Source of the DNA: a virus
Taxonomy: Duplodnaviria > Caudoviricetes
Strand: one strand, 5' to 3'
DNA: 64,000 nt
Virus record (IMG/VR): IMGVR_UViG_3300020045_007949
Span: 10,013-74,012 of that record
A program made the translations under genes and the position numbers. Under the pieces are notes generated by a model. The model did not search any database, was not told the DNA's origin, and saw only the letters and a list, made by a program, of their open reading frames with translations. Shown piece by piece: positions 28,301 to 38,957 of this stretch. Numbering within the stretch: the first letter of the stretch is position 1; each line of letters starts with the position of its first letter.

Positions 28301-29951
28301 TGATAAATTTAGAATTAGACAACAACAAAAGGATTTAGAGACAGAACAAAAGACTATTGGCTTCTTTACCTCCTTAGCTTCGGGCAATTGGGTTCAAGCG
28401 ATTGGAAATCTTGTGTCTGTAATTGACGATTTATCAACTAATGTGGCATTAGAAAGACAAGCTGCTTTACTTGAAGACCAACTAAATTCCCTTAAAGAGA
28501 TTATGGGAATAATTGATTCGAGTTTAAATTCCATTGGCTCATCTTTTGAAAGCATTAGTGAAGTTTATGGCTCTATATTTGATGTGTCTAAATTGCAGGA
28601 ATTTAGCGTATTAGCAGAGACAAGTATTGAAGACAGGATTCAAGCAGAAATTAAACACGGAGAACAAATTACAGCTAATTACAATAAGGCTGTAAAAGAA
28701 GAAGACGATAGATATAATAAGCAGGTAAGTAATATTGAAAAGGCTTATGATTTAGAGGTTAAGAATATTAACGCTAAATATGACTTAATTGACCTAAAAG
28801 CTAATCAAGCCTATAATAAAGAAACCTTAGCTATTGTTGCTGCTGGTTCTGCACAACTTGAAGCACTAATCACTAATGAAGCATCATTAGCAAGTGTAAG
28901 GGGTGAATTTGCTGCTAAGAGGTTGGCTGTCGAACAAGCGTTTCCGTTAGCATCAAAAGCTATTACAGAGGGAATGAGTCAATCAGAAATTGATGCAATT
29001 AATGCTTCAATAAAGGCTCGTGATGAACAATTTGCCAAAATACAGGCATGGTATAATGAAGAATTGACTTTTATTGCTAACTCGGAAGGGCAAAAACGCA
29101 AGGAATATACCGATACAGAGAAGATTCAGAAACAGATTCGTGATAACTTAGATTTGGCTGCTATTAAGTTCCAAGCAGATGAAATCAAAAGGGAAAAAGA
29201 CAAGGCTGACGCTATTTTAATTGCAGAGAAAAATAAGAATACCCTTATTCAAACTGAAACACTAAGCCACAATCAGATTTTAGTTAATTTAGAATTGCAG
29301 AAAAATGCTGATATTCTAAATAGCTTTACCACTTTGAAGATTTTATTACAAGCACAAATCAATCAAATAACAGGTGCTTTGGTAGATTCGGCAAACATTA
29401 GTGCGGAGGCATTTGCTAAATTAAAGCAACAATTAGAGGAAATAACAATTTTATATAAGGCGTTATCTAATGGAACAACACCTCCAACAATTGTCATTCC
29501 TACAATTGATATTCCAAGAATAGGTGGCTTCGAGAAAGGAACGGATAATACTTCTGTAAGTTTAAGCGGTGCGACAGTAGATAATCGTGGAGGAAAATTA
29601 GCTATACTTCACCCTAATGAAGCGGTATTCTCTAAAGCTGATATGACGCAAATGACTCGTTTCTTAGGTAAAAGACCAACAAGAGATGAAGTTATCGATA
29701 GGTTTAAAATGGGAACGAAATTGATTGACAGTAATTCGTTTATTCAGAAGATTAGCCCTTATGTGATTAGTAAAACTGAGGTTAAGAATAACACTGATGT
29801 AAGGGAGTTAACCAAGAAGATTGAGAGACTAACTAAGGAGGTTGTAAAAAGACAACAACCTATGGTTACTGTCGATAAGAATGGAATCAGAACATTTGTG
29901 ACGAATATTAACTCTCAAATAGAGATTAAGAATCAGAAATTTTCAAGTTGA
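25338..29951 (+). CDS. Tape measure protein
   Basis: 1537 aa, Ala-rich N-terminal tape-measure domain (KKFTLETPLNFEQV...YAFSQVQATGRLMGTEVRQ), long helical K/E-rich region, C-terminal F.KG...AILHPNEAV motif. Confidence 0.92.
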   Translation: MANLGDSIRLTTVADLQALSELVNEYKKLGLSISGVAGASRIVSEQIKRDALEQANATKQSTLQTQLSTAEIKKQSAALDLAKKSSEGFTTSLTSLTGLRSQLIGLFGAMSIGAFAKEMIDAQSQVEAFELSMANLLGQKYGDKLVADLKKFTLETPLNFEQVIKSTNQLVGAFKAAGASSETIGREVPIILESLGNSAAALGGGDRLGRLTYAFSQVQATGRLMGTEVRQITETGFPLLAVMSERTGKSVQELQADIKNGQVGFSQFKDAILSAGLQGGVFAGAMDIMANTVRGRLDKLSETFFFASARIGDALSGSAKSAIDFANALIKTLFGTDEAVQRTIAYTKAIGSLILTYTLLNNAQRISAATTAAMAVAEKAWLVIKGEFILLTQGQAAANLLLTETQLEAAIAADTFNRAMLKNPIGLITIAIGTAIAAYQLYNATAEESKELTLENIKANDADIKNLLSKEARINAVASSLKGLTFGSEGYKHQIDTLIKLAPEYFSQLDREKSTYNEVALAVSRANTAIERKIKLMAMEKLAEKVADRSADIKLQIAQEEILDATRKKNAEDYNKAIEKTSSNVRGFIQQESVIYEGESKKLKDLRVKDSENTLLLQKVSNGLALEEQKQYTTRHAEIIQRQKNGEYKTRKDFTEALKKLDEEYSLGVDKTLEDNIKNGGKKTRESNEKALKYQEDTNKQKLILDETNALKAEQQTRKNQKQILDLEKEYAELRVVNAKGSQTKKVKALEDIDRKYREDFANLTRVWDKKDLEASEKFWKEVEKAEKESQDNRVKFSKGIDKVLEDAKETSEKNKTKIAEKYAKDLQKVDEDNLKESSKLLDKKYNLMDSLRLLDKISHAKTAKEITEIQKEENLKVLADIKDSLNQQLVFAKLRLERLKQEKGIEPLEYKSHFNTVLVLEQQYVDASSNLADEQSEQLKKKLKKREEIIKEALNVIYEAGKNVLSDIFSIKQEKLSQELRNAETELDKFRIRQQQKDLETEQKTIGFFTSLASGNWVQAIGNLVSVIDDLSTNVALERQAALLEDQLNSLKEIMGIIDSSLNSIGSSFESISEVYGSIFDVSKLQEFSVLAETSIEDRIQAEIKHGEQITANYNKAVKEEDDRYNKQVSNIEKAYDLEVKNINAKYDLIDLKANQAYNKETLAIVAAGSAQLEALITNEASLASVRGEFAAKRLAVEQAFPLASKAITEGMSQSEIDAINASIKARDEQFAKIQAWYNEELTFIANSEGQKRKEYTDTEKIQKQIRDNLDLAAIKFQADEIKREKDKADAILIAEKNKNTLIQTETLSHNQILVNLELQKNADILNSFTTLKILLQAQINQITGALVDSANISAEAFAKLKQQLEEITILYKALSNGTTPPTIVIPTIDIPRIGGFEKGTDNTSVSLSGATVDNRGGKLAILHPNEAVFSKADMTQMTRFLGKRPTRDEVIDRFKMGTKLIDSNSFIQKISPYVISKTEVKNNTDVRELTKKIERLTKEVVKRQQPMVTVDKNGIRTFVTNINSQIEIKNQKFSS

Positions 29952-29955
29952 TATT

Positions 29956-29992
29956 ACGGCACTAATTACACACTAGTGCCGTTTTTGTTTTT
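29956..29992 (+). terminator. Terminator at the convergence of the structural and replication arms
   Basis: ACGGCACTA / TAGTGCCGT followed by TTTTGTTTTT. Confidence 0.8.
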
Positions 29993-30887
29993 AATATTCT
30001 CCACCACTTCCACCGCCACCAAAATCTCCTCCACCGAAACTGTTATTATCTTCAATGTATTGGGGAAAATTGTTTAGATAATTTGAAGCCTCGTTTGCAA
30101 TTTCTGTCCTACTGAATGATTTTGAATTTCCTCTTGTGTTTTGAGGTAATCTTTGTTTTCCAAAAACAATTCTTTCGCTCGGATGTAATACTTTCTTTTT
30201 CATTTCTTAATTATTAAATCGGAAGTTATAGTAACTTCTTCCTCTTTAGTGAATAATGATACTACTAATGCGATTATGTATAGACCGCCAAATATGATTG
30301 ATAAAACTACTTCTGCTTTCATTTTTGTGCGTATAATTGAGTTAAATTTAAGTCACCACCAGTCCTATACTCTCCGTATTTTTCGTCAAAATCCAAGTCT
30401 TCATCACTTTCATCGACATCTTTATTAAATTCTTCTTCCAATTCGGCAGGAATTACGTACCAGTGACAACTATCATCTTGAACTGCCTTTACTTTTTGAA
30501 ATTTCATCTTAGTCTCTTATGATTGATATGATAAAAGCGATAAATATTATAATTATTAGCAACGCTAAACCTCCCCAAAAAGGCATAGTGACATACCACC
30601 ATGACCAATCAATTGCTTTTGTTAGCTTTAAAACCACAAATGCAACACCTAATAAACCTAAAATACTTATTCGTGAGTTTGAATTACTTTCTTTTGACAT
30701 TTTATTTCTTGTTTATATGTTTTTTAATTAATTTCAAGGACTCCTTATAAGATTCAGTTGCTAAGAATTTCCCATTAATTATTGGATTAACCAATTCATT
30801 TGTTTGTAAATTCTTAGCATAAACCCTAAACATTGTAACACCCTTGTCTATGTACGAGAAAACTGTGATTAAATAACCCTTATACAT
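29991..30887 (-). other. Cluster of small hypothetical CDSs (29991-30203 with a GGGDFGGGG tail; 30319-30507 acidic; 30509-30700 two-TM membrane protein; 30702-30887)
   Basis: Tightly packed - strand ORFs from the track. Confidence 0.7.
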
Positions 30888-31917
30888 CTTTGCTTAAATC
30901 GTTTAAAGTTTCTCTCGCTTTGTCTTCGTATCTTAAAATGCGATAATCAAAGTCAGCCTTAGGGTCAATGACATCTGAAATTTCCATCATTTCTCCGCTT
31001 GGAGTAACTAAGCCTTCCATGACTGCGATGTTTAATCTCGCCTCTAATCTTTGTTGGTCAGTAAATCCGAATCTATTTTCTTTATCAAAATGTTCTTTCA
31101 ATTCATACTTGGGTTCTTTGTTCCAACCCAAAGGAGAGAGATTGAACATTTGAATTTCTTCTTCCGACTTATCAAAGTATTGGGAGATTAATTTCCTTCC
31201 AAATATTAACTGATATTTGTGAGACTCGAAGAATGACTTTTCATCTTTATGTTCATAATTAGATTTCAAATCTACGATTCCAAAAACTTGCTTTCTCGTC
31301 TCTGTTCTTACTTTCTTATACTTTATATCGCCCTTCTTGTTTACAGTGCCTCCACGCTCATAAATGCCGTCTTCAACCATTGTTTCTTCTGTAACGGTAA
31401 CGGTGAGTTTACAAAACATATCAATTGCTGAACAAATATAAGCACTTCCGTAAGGCGTTGGGTAATGAGTACCTAAAATACCCTCCAAAAAGAAAACTTC
31501 AACTTCATAATCTTGTAGAAACCTCTTTAAAGAGTTCATATCTTTCTTAAATTGCTCTTTCTTGTGAAAGGTTTCATCAGCTATCTCAATGAGGTATTTA
31601 GGAATTGCTTCTCCTTTACAAAGATACCCGAAACCGATATGACAAAGAGTTCCATAATCAGCCATTAATTGAAGCTGCTCTTTCCAATTTGGTCGAGAAT
31701 CTTTCCATTCTCTTAGAAATTTAGATTCACCAAAAGCCCTATCAATAGCTGTTGTGATTCCGCAAGCAATAAGAATTTCTCCATCTTTCTCAGCGAAATA
31801 GTAACGGTGTCCGTGATGATTCATTCTTCTCCAAATCATTGACGGTTTTAATCCAGTAGGATTGTATTCAGCCCAATCTAATTGAGACTTACTTACTAAA
31901 ATATCTCGTTTATTCAT
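30880..31917 (-). CDS. PD-(D/E)XK-superfamily exonuclease
   Basis: GT..H, AID, VDLKS and YQL motifs; located in the recombination cluster near SSB. Confidence 0.7.
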   Translation of the reverse strand: MNKRDILVSKSQLDWAEYNPTGLKPSMIWRRMNHHGHRYYFAEKDGEILIACGITTAIDRAFGESKFLREWKDSRPNWKEQLQLMADYGTLCHIGFGYLCKGEAIPKYLIEIADETFHKKEQFKKDMNSLKRFLQDYEVEVFFLEGILGTHYPTPYGSAYICSAIDMFCKLTVTVTEETMVEDGIYERGGTVNKKGDIKYKKVRTETRKQVFGIVDLKSNYEHKDEKSFFESHKYQLIFGRKLISQYFDKSEEEIQMFNLSPLGWNKEPKYELKEHFDKENRFGFTDQQRLEARLNIAVMEGLVTPSGEMMEISDVIDPKADFDYRILRYEDKARETLNDLSKDV

Positions 31918-32504
31918 TACTTGTAAAATCTAAAAAGTCTTGTTCTGATTTAAACTCGAAAACATTGGTGATTACTAAATTATCTAAGCCATGAGTTTTT
32001 CTTGAATGTTCTTTTAAGAATTTATTGCTCGGAACTTTTCCGATTTCATTTTTAAGCCAAATATTTCCAGTGTTATTACCTGACACGTAAGTAAACAAAA
32101 AGTATCTTTCATTTTTCACTGGTTCTGAATAATTTCCACAAGCCGAGATGAGCCACCAACAATCAAATTCAGACACATAAAAAGTTCCATCATCTTCATC
32201 AATCTCTGCAACAGTAACTTTTTCGCCTATAATTTTATCAAATCTACTTACGTATGCCAAGCTATCATTGCTTGAAAACTTTTTTAAAAAAACTTTATCT
32301 CCAATTTTCATTTTGTAATTTTAGTCTTAAAGTTTCTAAATCTTTATCCATTTTCCTCCTTTCTGCCTTATCAGTAGAGTCTAATTTCCATTGCCTGTCG
32401 AGTTCCTTAATTCTTATATCTCTATCTTTGTTATTACTTGTGACAATATTATCAACAATTATCAACATCAAAATAAATACAAATAATGCAGCCAATTCTT
32501 TCAT
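31910..32504 (-). other. Two hypothetical CDSs (31910-32311 with a KIGDKV N-terminus; 32295-32504 with an N-terminal TM)
   Basis: ORF track. Confidence 0.65.
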
Positions 32505-32842
32505 TTTCCAAGTTTTTTGCGTTCTGTAATTTTTCTGTCTAAAATATCATATATCCATTCCTTAGAAGGATTTCTTTTCCCTGAGAACCAATACGAGATT
32601 GTTATTTTGTGATAAACGACTTTCTCTTCTCCGCTTTCTATAAAAAGGAGTGCTTGTATTTGAGCAATAGTTAGCTTAGTGTAACTTTTAGCTTCTCTAA
32701 GCGTCATTCCTTGAATCAATCTCTCACTATTATTGAGATACATATTTGGTATCGCTCGCTTCTTTTTCCACCTATTTAAAGTGAAATAAGATAATCCGTA
32801 TTTTTGTCCGAGTTCTTTTGCTTTTCTTTCGTCGTATTTCAT
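32501..32842 (-). CDS. HTH DNA-binding protein (two XRE-like units)
   Basis: LGQKYGLSYFTLNRWKK and TISYWFSGKRNPS segments. Confidence 0.65.
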   Translation of the reverse strand: MKYDERKAKELGQKYGLSYFTLNRWKKKRAIPNMYLNNSERLIQGMTLREAKSYTKLTIAQIQALLFIESGEEKVVYHKITISYWFSGKRNPSKEWIYDILDRKITERKKLGK

Positions 32843-33099
32843 TGAATGACAATGTTTGCTCTTTTTAATTCATTTCCGATTGCAACGTAAAGTGCTACAA
32901 GTGCTTCTTCTTTTAACTTTATAACCGTAATAACTGTATTTTCGTCTTTCACGCATACACAAGTTTCTTTTCCTAAATCATCATGTCTAAGCAATCTTTT
33001 GAACTCGATTTGCGTGCCATTTGCGTCGATAGCCTTTACATTCACCTGTTTGTTATTAAACTCAACTACCGTTCCGTTGATATATTCAATTGTATTCAT
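32839..33099 (-). CDS. Hypothetical protein
   Basis: 86 aa, coupled to its neighbour. Confidence 0.65.
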   Translation of the reverse strand: MNTIEYINGTVVEFNNKQVNVKAIDANGTQIEFKRLLRHDDLGKETCVCVKDENTVITVIKLKEEALVALYVAIGNELKRANIVIQ

Positions 33100-33130
33100 A
33101 AATTCTATTTAATTTAGCAAAAATAAGTTT

Positions 33131-33156
33131 AAAAAATAGGGGATTTTAACCCCCTA
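33131..33156 (-). terminator. Terminator after SSB
   Basis: TAGGGG/CCCCTA hairpin with a minus-strand T-run. Confidence 0.65.
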
Positions 33157-33175
33157 AACAATATTTACTTGACAA

Positions 33176-33850
33176 TTAAAAATCTAAATCGTCATTATTT
33201 CCAACTTCTACGCCAACTTTCGGAGTCTCCTTAGGCTTTGAATCTAAAGATTTCTCTGTCTTAAACTTCTCGAAACGAGCGATTATTTCAGAAGCCTTTG
33301 CGTAATACCACTCCTCTTGCTCTGAATAATCCCACTTTCCTGATGCTCTTTGCTTTCCTTTCGGTGCTTCTTTTGAATCTAAACGCTCAGGGCAAACATT
33401 CTTCTCCTTTCCGTCTTTATCGACGAAAGATTCTTTCGTATAATAAACAAAGCAATTCTGATAAGTCTTTTTCTCTCCTTTTTGAGTTACAGCCGATTTT
33501 GGATAGAACTTTACAGCAATTTCTTTCGAGAAGTCAGCGTTATAAAGTGCCTCGATAAGAACACGGTAAGGCTCATTGTCTAAAGCTACTGACACCGAAG
33601 CAGTTGAGTCTGAATCTCTCAATAAAATGCCGAAACGTTTTCCGAATGGCGTTTCCTTGAAATTCAAGTAGGAAAGTGTTCCGATTAATCCATCTAAGTA
33701 GCGATGATATGTGAATCCACCTTCTTTCATCTCAATTTTGCGATAACCTTCCTTAGGTTCTTTTGAAGAATGATACAGCTTCTTTTCTGCACCTGATACT
33801 TGGTAATTGATGATTTCCGAGTTTGAATACTCGTTATTAATTTCTGCCAT
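33176..33850 (-). CDS. Single-stranded DNA-binding protein
   Basis: Acidic-aromatic C-terminal tail NNDDLDF; located next to the nuclease and helicase. Confidence 0.7.
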   Translation of the reverse strand: MAEINNEYSNSEIINYQVSGAEKKLYHSSKEPKEGYRKIEMKEGGFTYHRYLDGLIGTLSYLNFKETPFGKRFGILLRDSDSTASVSVALDNEPYRVLIEALYNADFSKEIAVKFYPKSAVTQKGEKKTYQNCFVYYTKESFVDKDGKEKNVCPERLDSKEAPKGKQRASGKWDYSEQEEWYYAKASEIIARFEKFKTEKSLDSKPKETPKVGVEVGNNDDLDF

Positions 33851-34073
33851 TGGTAATAAAATTTAAAAGTAAAAAATGATTATAATAATGTGTAAATTTA
33901 CTAATAATAATTTAATTCTGCAAGTTAATCTTCAAATAAAGTTTCATCTTTTTCTCCATTTAAAACCCAATTGAGTGCATTAATAACACCCTGTTCATAA
34001 GACATTCCGTGATATTTCCCATCATTTTCGGTAGCCTTGTCAATTTCTTGGTAAATTCTCTTTTCGTCGGTAA

Positions 34074-34966
34074 TCATTGTTCCTTAGATTTTAAGTATAA
34101 GTATAAATTAATTACAGTTTCAGCTACTCTCTTACACAAATCCACATCCAAGTCAATTACTTTAACCCTATCTCTACCTTGACTATCGACGAATTTCTCT
34201 CCGTCTTTCATAATCGTGATAAGAACTTGGTCTTTCGGCTTGGCTCTTTTCATCGTGGTTTCTACATCGAAACCTTTTGAATTAATGTAAGAAAGTGCTG
34301 ATTCGTATTCTACCTGCTTTTGAGACTTTTCTATTTTTACAGGTGAATCTTCTTTTGCTTTCCATTTTGCCATTACTTTATTTTTCTGATTTTCTTGTAA
34401 TTAACGCCATCTGTCACCTCTCCGTCTCTTTTCAAAGAACTACATTTGTAAGGATAATTTTCATTTCCACTTCTACATCTATAATAAGAAATCATCCATA
34501 AAGAGCCACAATCAGAAACCTCAACAACTTCTCCTTTTTCAAATATTTCAATTGGCTTATTTACTGGAAATTGAATTGGCTCTTGGAATAGGGAGATAAA
34601 ATCGTGTTCTTCTTTTAATTTTCCATCTAATGTAAAAGTATAATTATATCCATCTGCACTAATTCTTATTGGATATTCTTCACCAATAAATACCCCTTCA
34701 ATGATAGCTTTTTTTTCTTTATTTTGAAAGAATGGAGAATATACTATTTGACCAACATAGAAGTATTCTTGTGGCTCTGAAACCAATTCAAGTGCATCTT
34801 CAATCCAAGCCCAATCACAACTCAAACCATAACTACGTTCGTAAACGCAATCAATTTCATATTCTTTTCCAAGAAAGTTATTCATGTTGCTATCAAAATG
34901 AACACCATACCTATTATTACTATCAAATTTTCTTGGAATAACCTTGTCACCTACTTTAAATTTCAT
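34074..34966 (-). other. Two hypothetical CDSs (34074-34373; 34373-34966, a member of the KVGDKV modular family)
   Basis: ORF track. Confidence 0.7.
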
Positions 34967-34977
34967 TATCTTATTGT

Positions 34978-36945
34978 TTAAATTGTAAAATCATCGAACT
35001 CGTTTGAATATTCTCTTTCTTCATTTGCACAGTTAGACGAGATTTGTGGAACTTCCAAGTGTTTTGTACTTTCTTTTTCAAATGTCGACAAACTTGCTTT
35101 AATTTCTCCATCTCCTGCGATTTTATTAATCGAGAGAACATCATAGCCATCGAATATAAATCTCTTTCTAACGAAGTCGTATTCAAAACCAATAAATCCC
35201 TTTTCTCCATTTACACGATTCTTCTTAATCTTCCTTTGATACAGTTCACAAGAAGGATTACTTGGGTCTGACCAAGCGAAAGGTCGGTGATAAATTAGGA
35301 TGTTGTAAATCTTATTATTCCACATTGCCCCTCCTGCGATGTCATATTCAGTGGGTGGGTCATAACCACCATCTTTATTCTTAATCGTCTTAGTTGGGTG
35401 TGCAACTATCCAAAAGTAAAGGTCATTAATAGAGGCGAATCTATCGAAATCAGATAGGAGGTATTCTAAATAAAGGTCAACTTTGCCTCCGTAAGCCTTG
35501 TAATCGTTCGTTAATTGATTAAATGGGTCGATAACCAAGCCCGAAATCCCCTCAGTGAACATCAAGAACATACATCTCTCCTTAATATACTCAGGTGTAG
35601 GCATCGCCTCTTTAGGGTAAATATAGAAGAAATGGCTCTTTACGAAATCATAACAAGCATTAATTCTATCTTTTGAAGGACGATTTTTATTATTTGGAGT
35701 CAAATCGCATCCCAAAATAATTTCCATAAGGGAGAGGTAGAACTCGTCAGCACCTCCTTCTTCGGGTGGAAAAAGAGCATATTTTTCTCCGAATAGAATA
35801 GCACGACAAACGAGATACCATTTCAACCAAGCAGATTTTCCATGATTACCATAACCACTAAGTAGGTTGACTTGACCACGCATCTGCTTAAATGCTTTAT
35901 CCATCTTATCAATTCCAATTCCTTTAATGCCCTCTCTTCCTTTTTCAATGATTGAGAAAATATCATTATGAACATCATCTGCATAAACAACGTCTTTAAC
36001 CTTATCACCTTGTTGTAAACCCTCGAAAGTTGGAGTTTCTCCTTTTTCATTAATTAATTCCCCCTTCTTAAACGAAACAGTTCCAAAAGATTTCCCCTCT
36101 GTTCGATAAGCACTTTCAATCGCTTTATCGCCTTCTCCTTTAGTAAAATCGGAAGAATTTTGAAAGAACTCGTAATAACAATACTGTTTGCAATCATCAA
36201 TCTCAATCCCATAACGACAACAAGCACAAGCCAAGACGAAGATAAAGGTATTTCTTTCTCCGCTTACAAAATAGCGATTATCCTTAGCAAGCCACTTTAC
36301 GAGTTTGGAAATATCATCTGCTGTTGCAGAGCAAGTTCCCGTCTCAGTATTACCAAAAACATAACCCTCTTCCTTTTCGATTAAGCCTTCAAATGGAATT
36401 GCATCTTTATTGATATAAATATTGGGGTCGTAAGATTCAAAACAAATTCTCGATTCATTAATTCCACTCCTATCAACCTTAGATGTAGGCAATCCTCCAT
36501 AAGATTCATATAGTAAAACACCATCTTCATCATGTTCAAGAAATTCTTGTCTAAGAGCCTTGAAGTGTTGGCGGTGTTTTAAGCCGTCTTTTAGCCTCGC
36601 TAAGACCTTTAAACCATCTCCGCTTGGACTTATCCATGCGGCATAAACATAAGGCTTCTCAGAGGCTTCTTTTAACGTCTCCTCGATATTAACGTGGTCG
36701 AAGTCTAAGACGATGAAACCCGAATGTTCGATTAACTGATTATCGTATCTCTCGGTAAACTTTCCTGAGAAACAAATACACGGAAGCCTTCTTTTTAAAG
36801 AGTTCTTTTTCTCTGAATCTGTTTCAGCCCGAATCTTCTCGACTAACTCTTTAGATTTGCCATCTCTGATACGCTCTAAAGCCATATCAATCGGAATATA
36901 AAAAGGTTCGTTGGGGCTTATGTTTTTAAATATTGTTGCTTTCAT
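34978..36945 (-). CDS. Primase-helicase fusion (VirE/BT4734-like N-terminal domain, PriCT-like region, DnaB-like SF4 helicase)
   Basis: KRRLPCICFSG...SGFIVLDFD...SPSGDGLK; ERN.FIF.LAC; Walker A GYGNHGKS; LVIDPFNQL; IVAHPTK. Confidence 0.88.
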   Translation of the reverse strand: MKATIFKNISPNEPFYIPIDMALERIRDGKSKELVEKIRAETDSEKKNSLKRRLPCICFSGKFTERYDNQLIEHSGFIVLDFDHVNIEETLKEASEKPYVYAAWISPSGDGLKVLARLKDGLKHRQHFKALRQEFLEHDEDGVLLYESYGGLPTSKVDRSGINESRICFESYDPNIYINKDAIPFEGLIEKEEGYVFGNTETGTCSATADDISKLVKWLAKDNRYFVSGERNTFIFVLACACCRYGIEIDDCKQYCYYEFFQNSSDFTKGEGDKAIESAYRTEGKSFGTVSFKKGELINEKGETPTFEGLQQGDKVKDVVYADDVHNDIFSIIEKGREGIKGIGIDKMDKAFKQMRGQVNLLSGYGNHGKSAWLKWYLVCRAILFGEKYALFPPEEGGADEFYLSLMEIILGCDLTPNNKNRPSKDRINACYDFVKSHFFYIYPKEAMPTPEYIKERCMFLMFTEGISGLVIDPFNQLTNDYKAYGGKVDLYLEYLLSDFDRFASINDLYFWIVAHPTKTIKNKDGGYDPPTEYDIAGGAMWNNKIYNILIYHRPFAWSDPSNPSCELYQRKIKKNRVNGEKGFIGFEYDFVRKRFIFDGYDVLSINKIAGDGEIKASLSTFEKESTKHLEVPQISSNCANEEREYSNEFDDFTI

Positions 36946-38212
36946 TCTTAATTATTTTAACCCAACCTAAATCGATTAATTTATCAATACTTAAACCCAT
37001 GAATGGCAGACAATATCCTTTTGAGCGTAAAAAGTCATAGGCACTCAAAATATCTGTAACATTATCTGCAAATGGATGCGACATTCCCCAGCCGTACTCT
37101 GTTCCTATTGAGTGTGCAAAGTTTCTTCCACTTGCAATGTGCGTATCTTTCATTTCATCATCCTCAAAGAAATCCATTCTTCTTTCTACCCAACTCCAAC
37201 AATTCACCTTAATACCCACTCCGTAAGCATCTTTATTTGAAATATCCTTAACCGATTTAAGTAATAAGTGGTCTTCTTGGTTGTAAGGATAAACCTTTTC
37301 TTTAAGATTTATCAACTCGTATTCTCCATTATTTAGGAAAACATTTAAAACTTTTTGCCCCCAATATTGAGCAAAAAATACTTCTTTCAAGTTATCGTTT
37401 TTCATTTCAAATGTGGTGGTTTTTTACGTGAAAGAAAATTGGCATCTATTTTATCGAGTTCAGATACGCAATCCTCGAAACCTTTAGTGTAAGTTTTTCC
37501 TAATTCTTTTAAGAAAAACTCCATAGCTTCTAAAACTTCTTCTTTGGTTGGTTCTGACTCCTTTAAATCTGAAATCAGAACCTTTAATTGCTCATCATTT
37601 AATTCGCTACACTTATTTCTTGATGATAAATATTCTTTTATGGTCATGTTATGCTAAAGGGTTATCTGAAAATTTTCTAACTTCTTGTGTTGGATTAGTA
37701 TATCCATCCTTCAATTGATTGTTAAAATACCTGTGTTGTTTTCCATCGTAGTGAGAATAATATCTCACCTCCCAAACTTGAATTTTAACCCAAACCAATA
37801 CTCCTTTCTCAAATGAAACCACTTCTTCTAATTCTAAAGGAATGTGAGGTTTTTGAGAAAGAGATGGGAGTTGCGTAGTTTCATATCTTCCGTCTTCTGT
37901 AAAAACTCTTTGAAGTCCTTCAAATTGCACAACAACAGGATAAGTACTATGCTGTCTTAATTCTATAACGATTCCGTCACCAAAACCTTGACAGCTAACT
38001 TTTTGACCTACATAATAATAATTTTTCATTTTTTCTTCTTTTTTAAATAATGTGACTGGTAGATGACTTAGCCATCTACCATCAATCGTATAAGTCACAT
38101 TAAATGCCTCTTTAAAGTCAACAATAATACTATCAAAACCTCCGAAACGCCTAACAACTCCTTCGCCATAGCCACGCTCATTATCGAATACTTTATCTCC
38201 TACTTTAAACAT
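36926..38212 (-). other. Three hypothetical CDSs (36926-37405, 37402-37647, and 37649-38212 of the KVGDKV modular family)
   Basis: ORF track; translationally coupled. Confidence 0.7.
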
Positions 38213-38223
38213 TTTCTTATAAT

Positions 38224-38376
38224 TTAATTGGTTTTCTTCTTTTTCTTCTTAGTCTTTTTCTTGATTCCTGCTGCGGATAATGCGATTGCAAGAACCTGTT
38301 TCTCGCTCATTTCGGGGTGCTTTTTTCTTTCTTCACGAATATTATCACCAACGTGCTTTTTGCCTCTTTTTAACAT
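38224..38376 (-). CDS. Very basic 50-aa protein (KQVLAIALSAAG motif, poly-Lys tail)
   Basis: ATG at 38376, TAA at 38224-38226; canonical promoter directly upstream. Not in the ORF track. Confidence 0.7.
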   Translation of the reverse strand: MLKRGKKHVGDNIREERKKHPEMSEKQVLAIALSAAGIKKKTKKKKKKTN

Positions 38377-38392
38377 ATCATTTATTTTTTTA

Positions 38393-38423
38393 CAAAGTTA
38401 AACATGATTTAATTAAAATCAAA
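38393..38423 (-). promoter_or_regulatory. Canonical Bacteroidota promoter
   Basis: Minus strand reads TTTG-19 nt-TAACTTTG. Confidence 0.8.
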
Positions 38424-38426
38424 GGA

Positions 38427-38957
38427 TTATTTGATTCTAATTAACAAATCCTTTCGATTCCTAATCATACTTGGTATTGAACGGCAATATGATTTCGATA
38501 GTCCTGCGTTTTTTACTACGTCTAAAAATGTAGTTTCTCTAACTGATTCAATGTAATCAATAACCCTTTCTTTAGCCACGTGTGAGAATAGTGGAATAAC
38601 TGGCTCGCTTAAAACTTCTACCATGTCGCCAATATAAACAGTTTTTTCGCTAATTGGCTCACATAGGTAGCCCCTATCTCCAATAAAATCTTTCAACTTT
38701 CCAAGATGTTTTATTTTGCTACATGGCTCACAATGAAATGTGAGTTGAAAAGTCCAAATACCTATTCTAATAATAGTACCACTCATTAAGTGATAAATTT
38801 CATCACTAATAACAATATCAGCGTTCAAATCTTGCGAACGACAATTAAATCTCTTCAAAGTAGATTCTTGAACAATTAAAATATCCCTGTATTTGCAAAA
38901 CTTCTTCTTCCCGAATGTTGATTCGTTTATTGTTTCTCTGTTAATCCAAAGTACCAT
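38427..38957 (-). CDS. MOSC-domain protein
   Basis: R.ILI...G.IIRIG...QLTFHCEPCSKI...RG......YIGD.V matches the MOSC pattern with its conserved Cys; start placed at ATG 38957. Confidence 0.75.
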   Translation of the reverse strand: MVLWINRETINESTFGKKKFCKYRDILIVQESTLKRFNCRSQDLNADIVISDEIYHLMSGTIIRIGIWTFQLTFHCEPCSKIKHLGKLKDFIGDRGYLCEPISEKTVYIGDMVEVLSEPVIPLFSHVAKERVIDYIESVRETTFLDVVKNAGLSKSYCRSIPSMIRNRKDLLIRIK

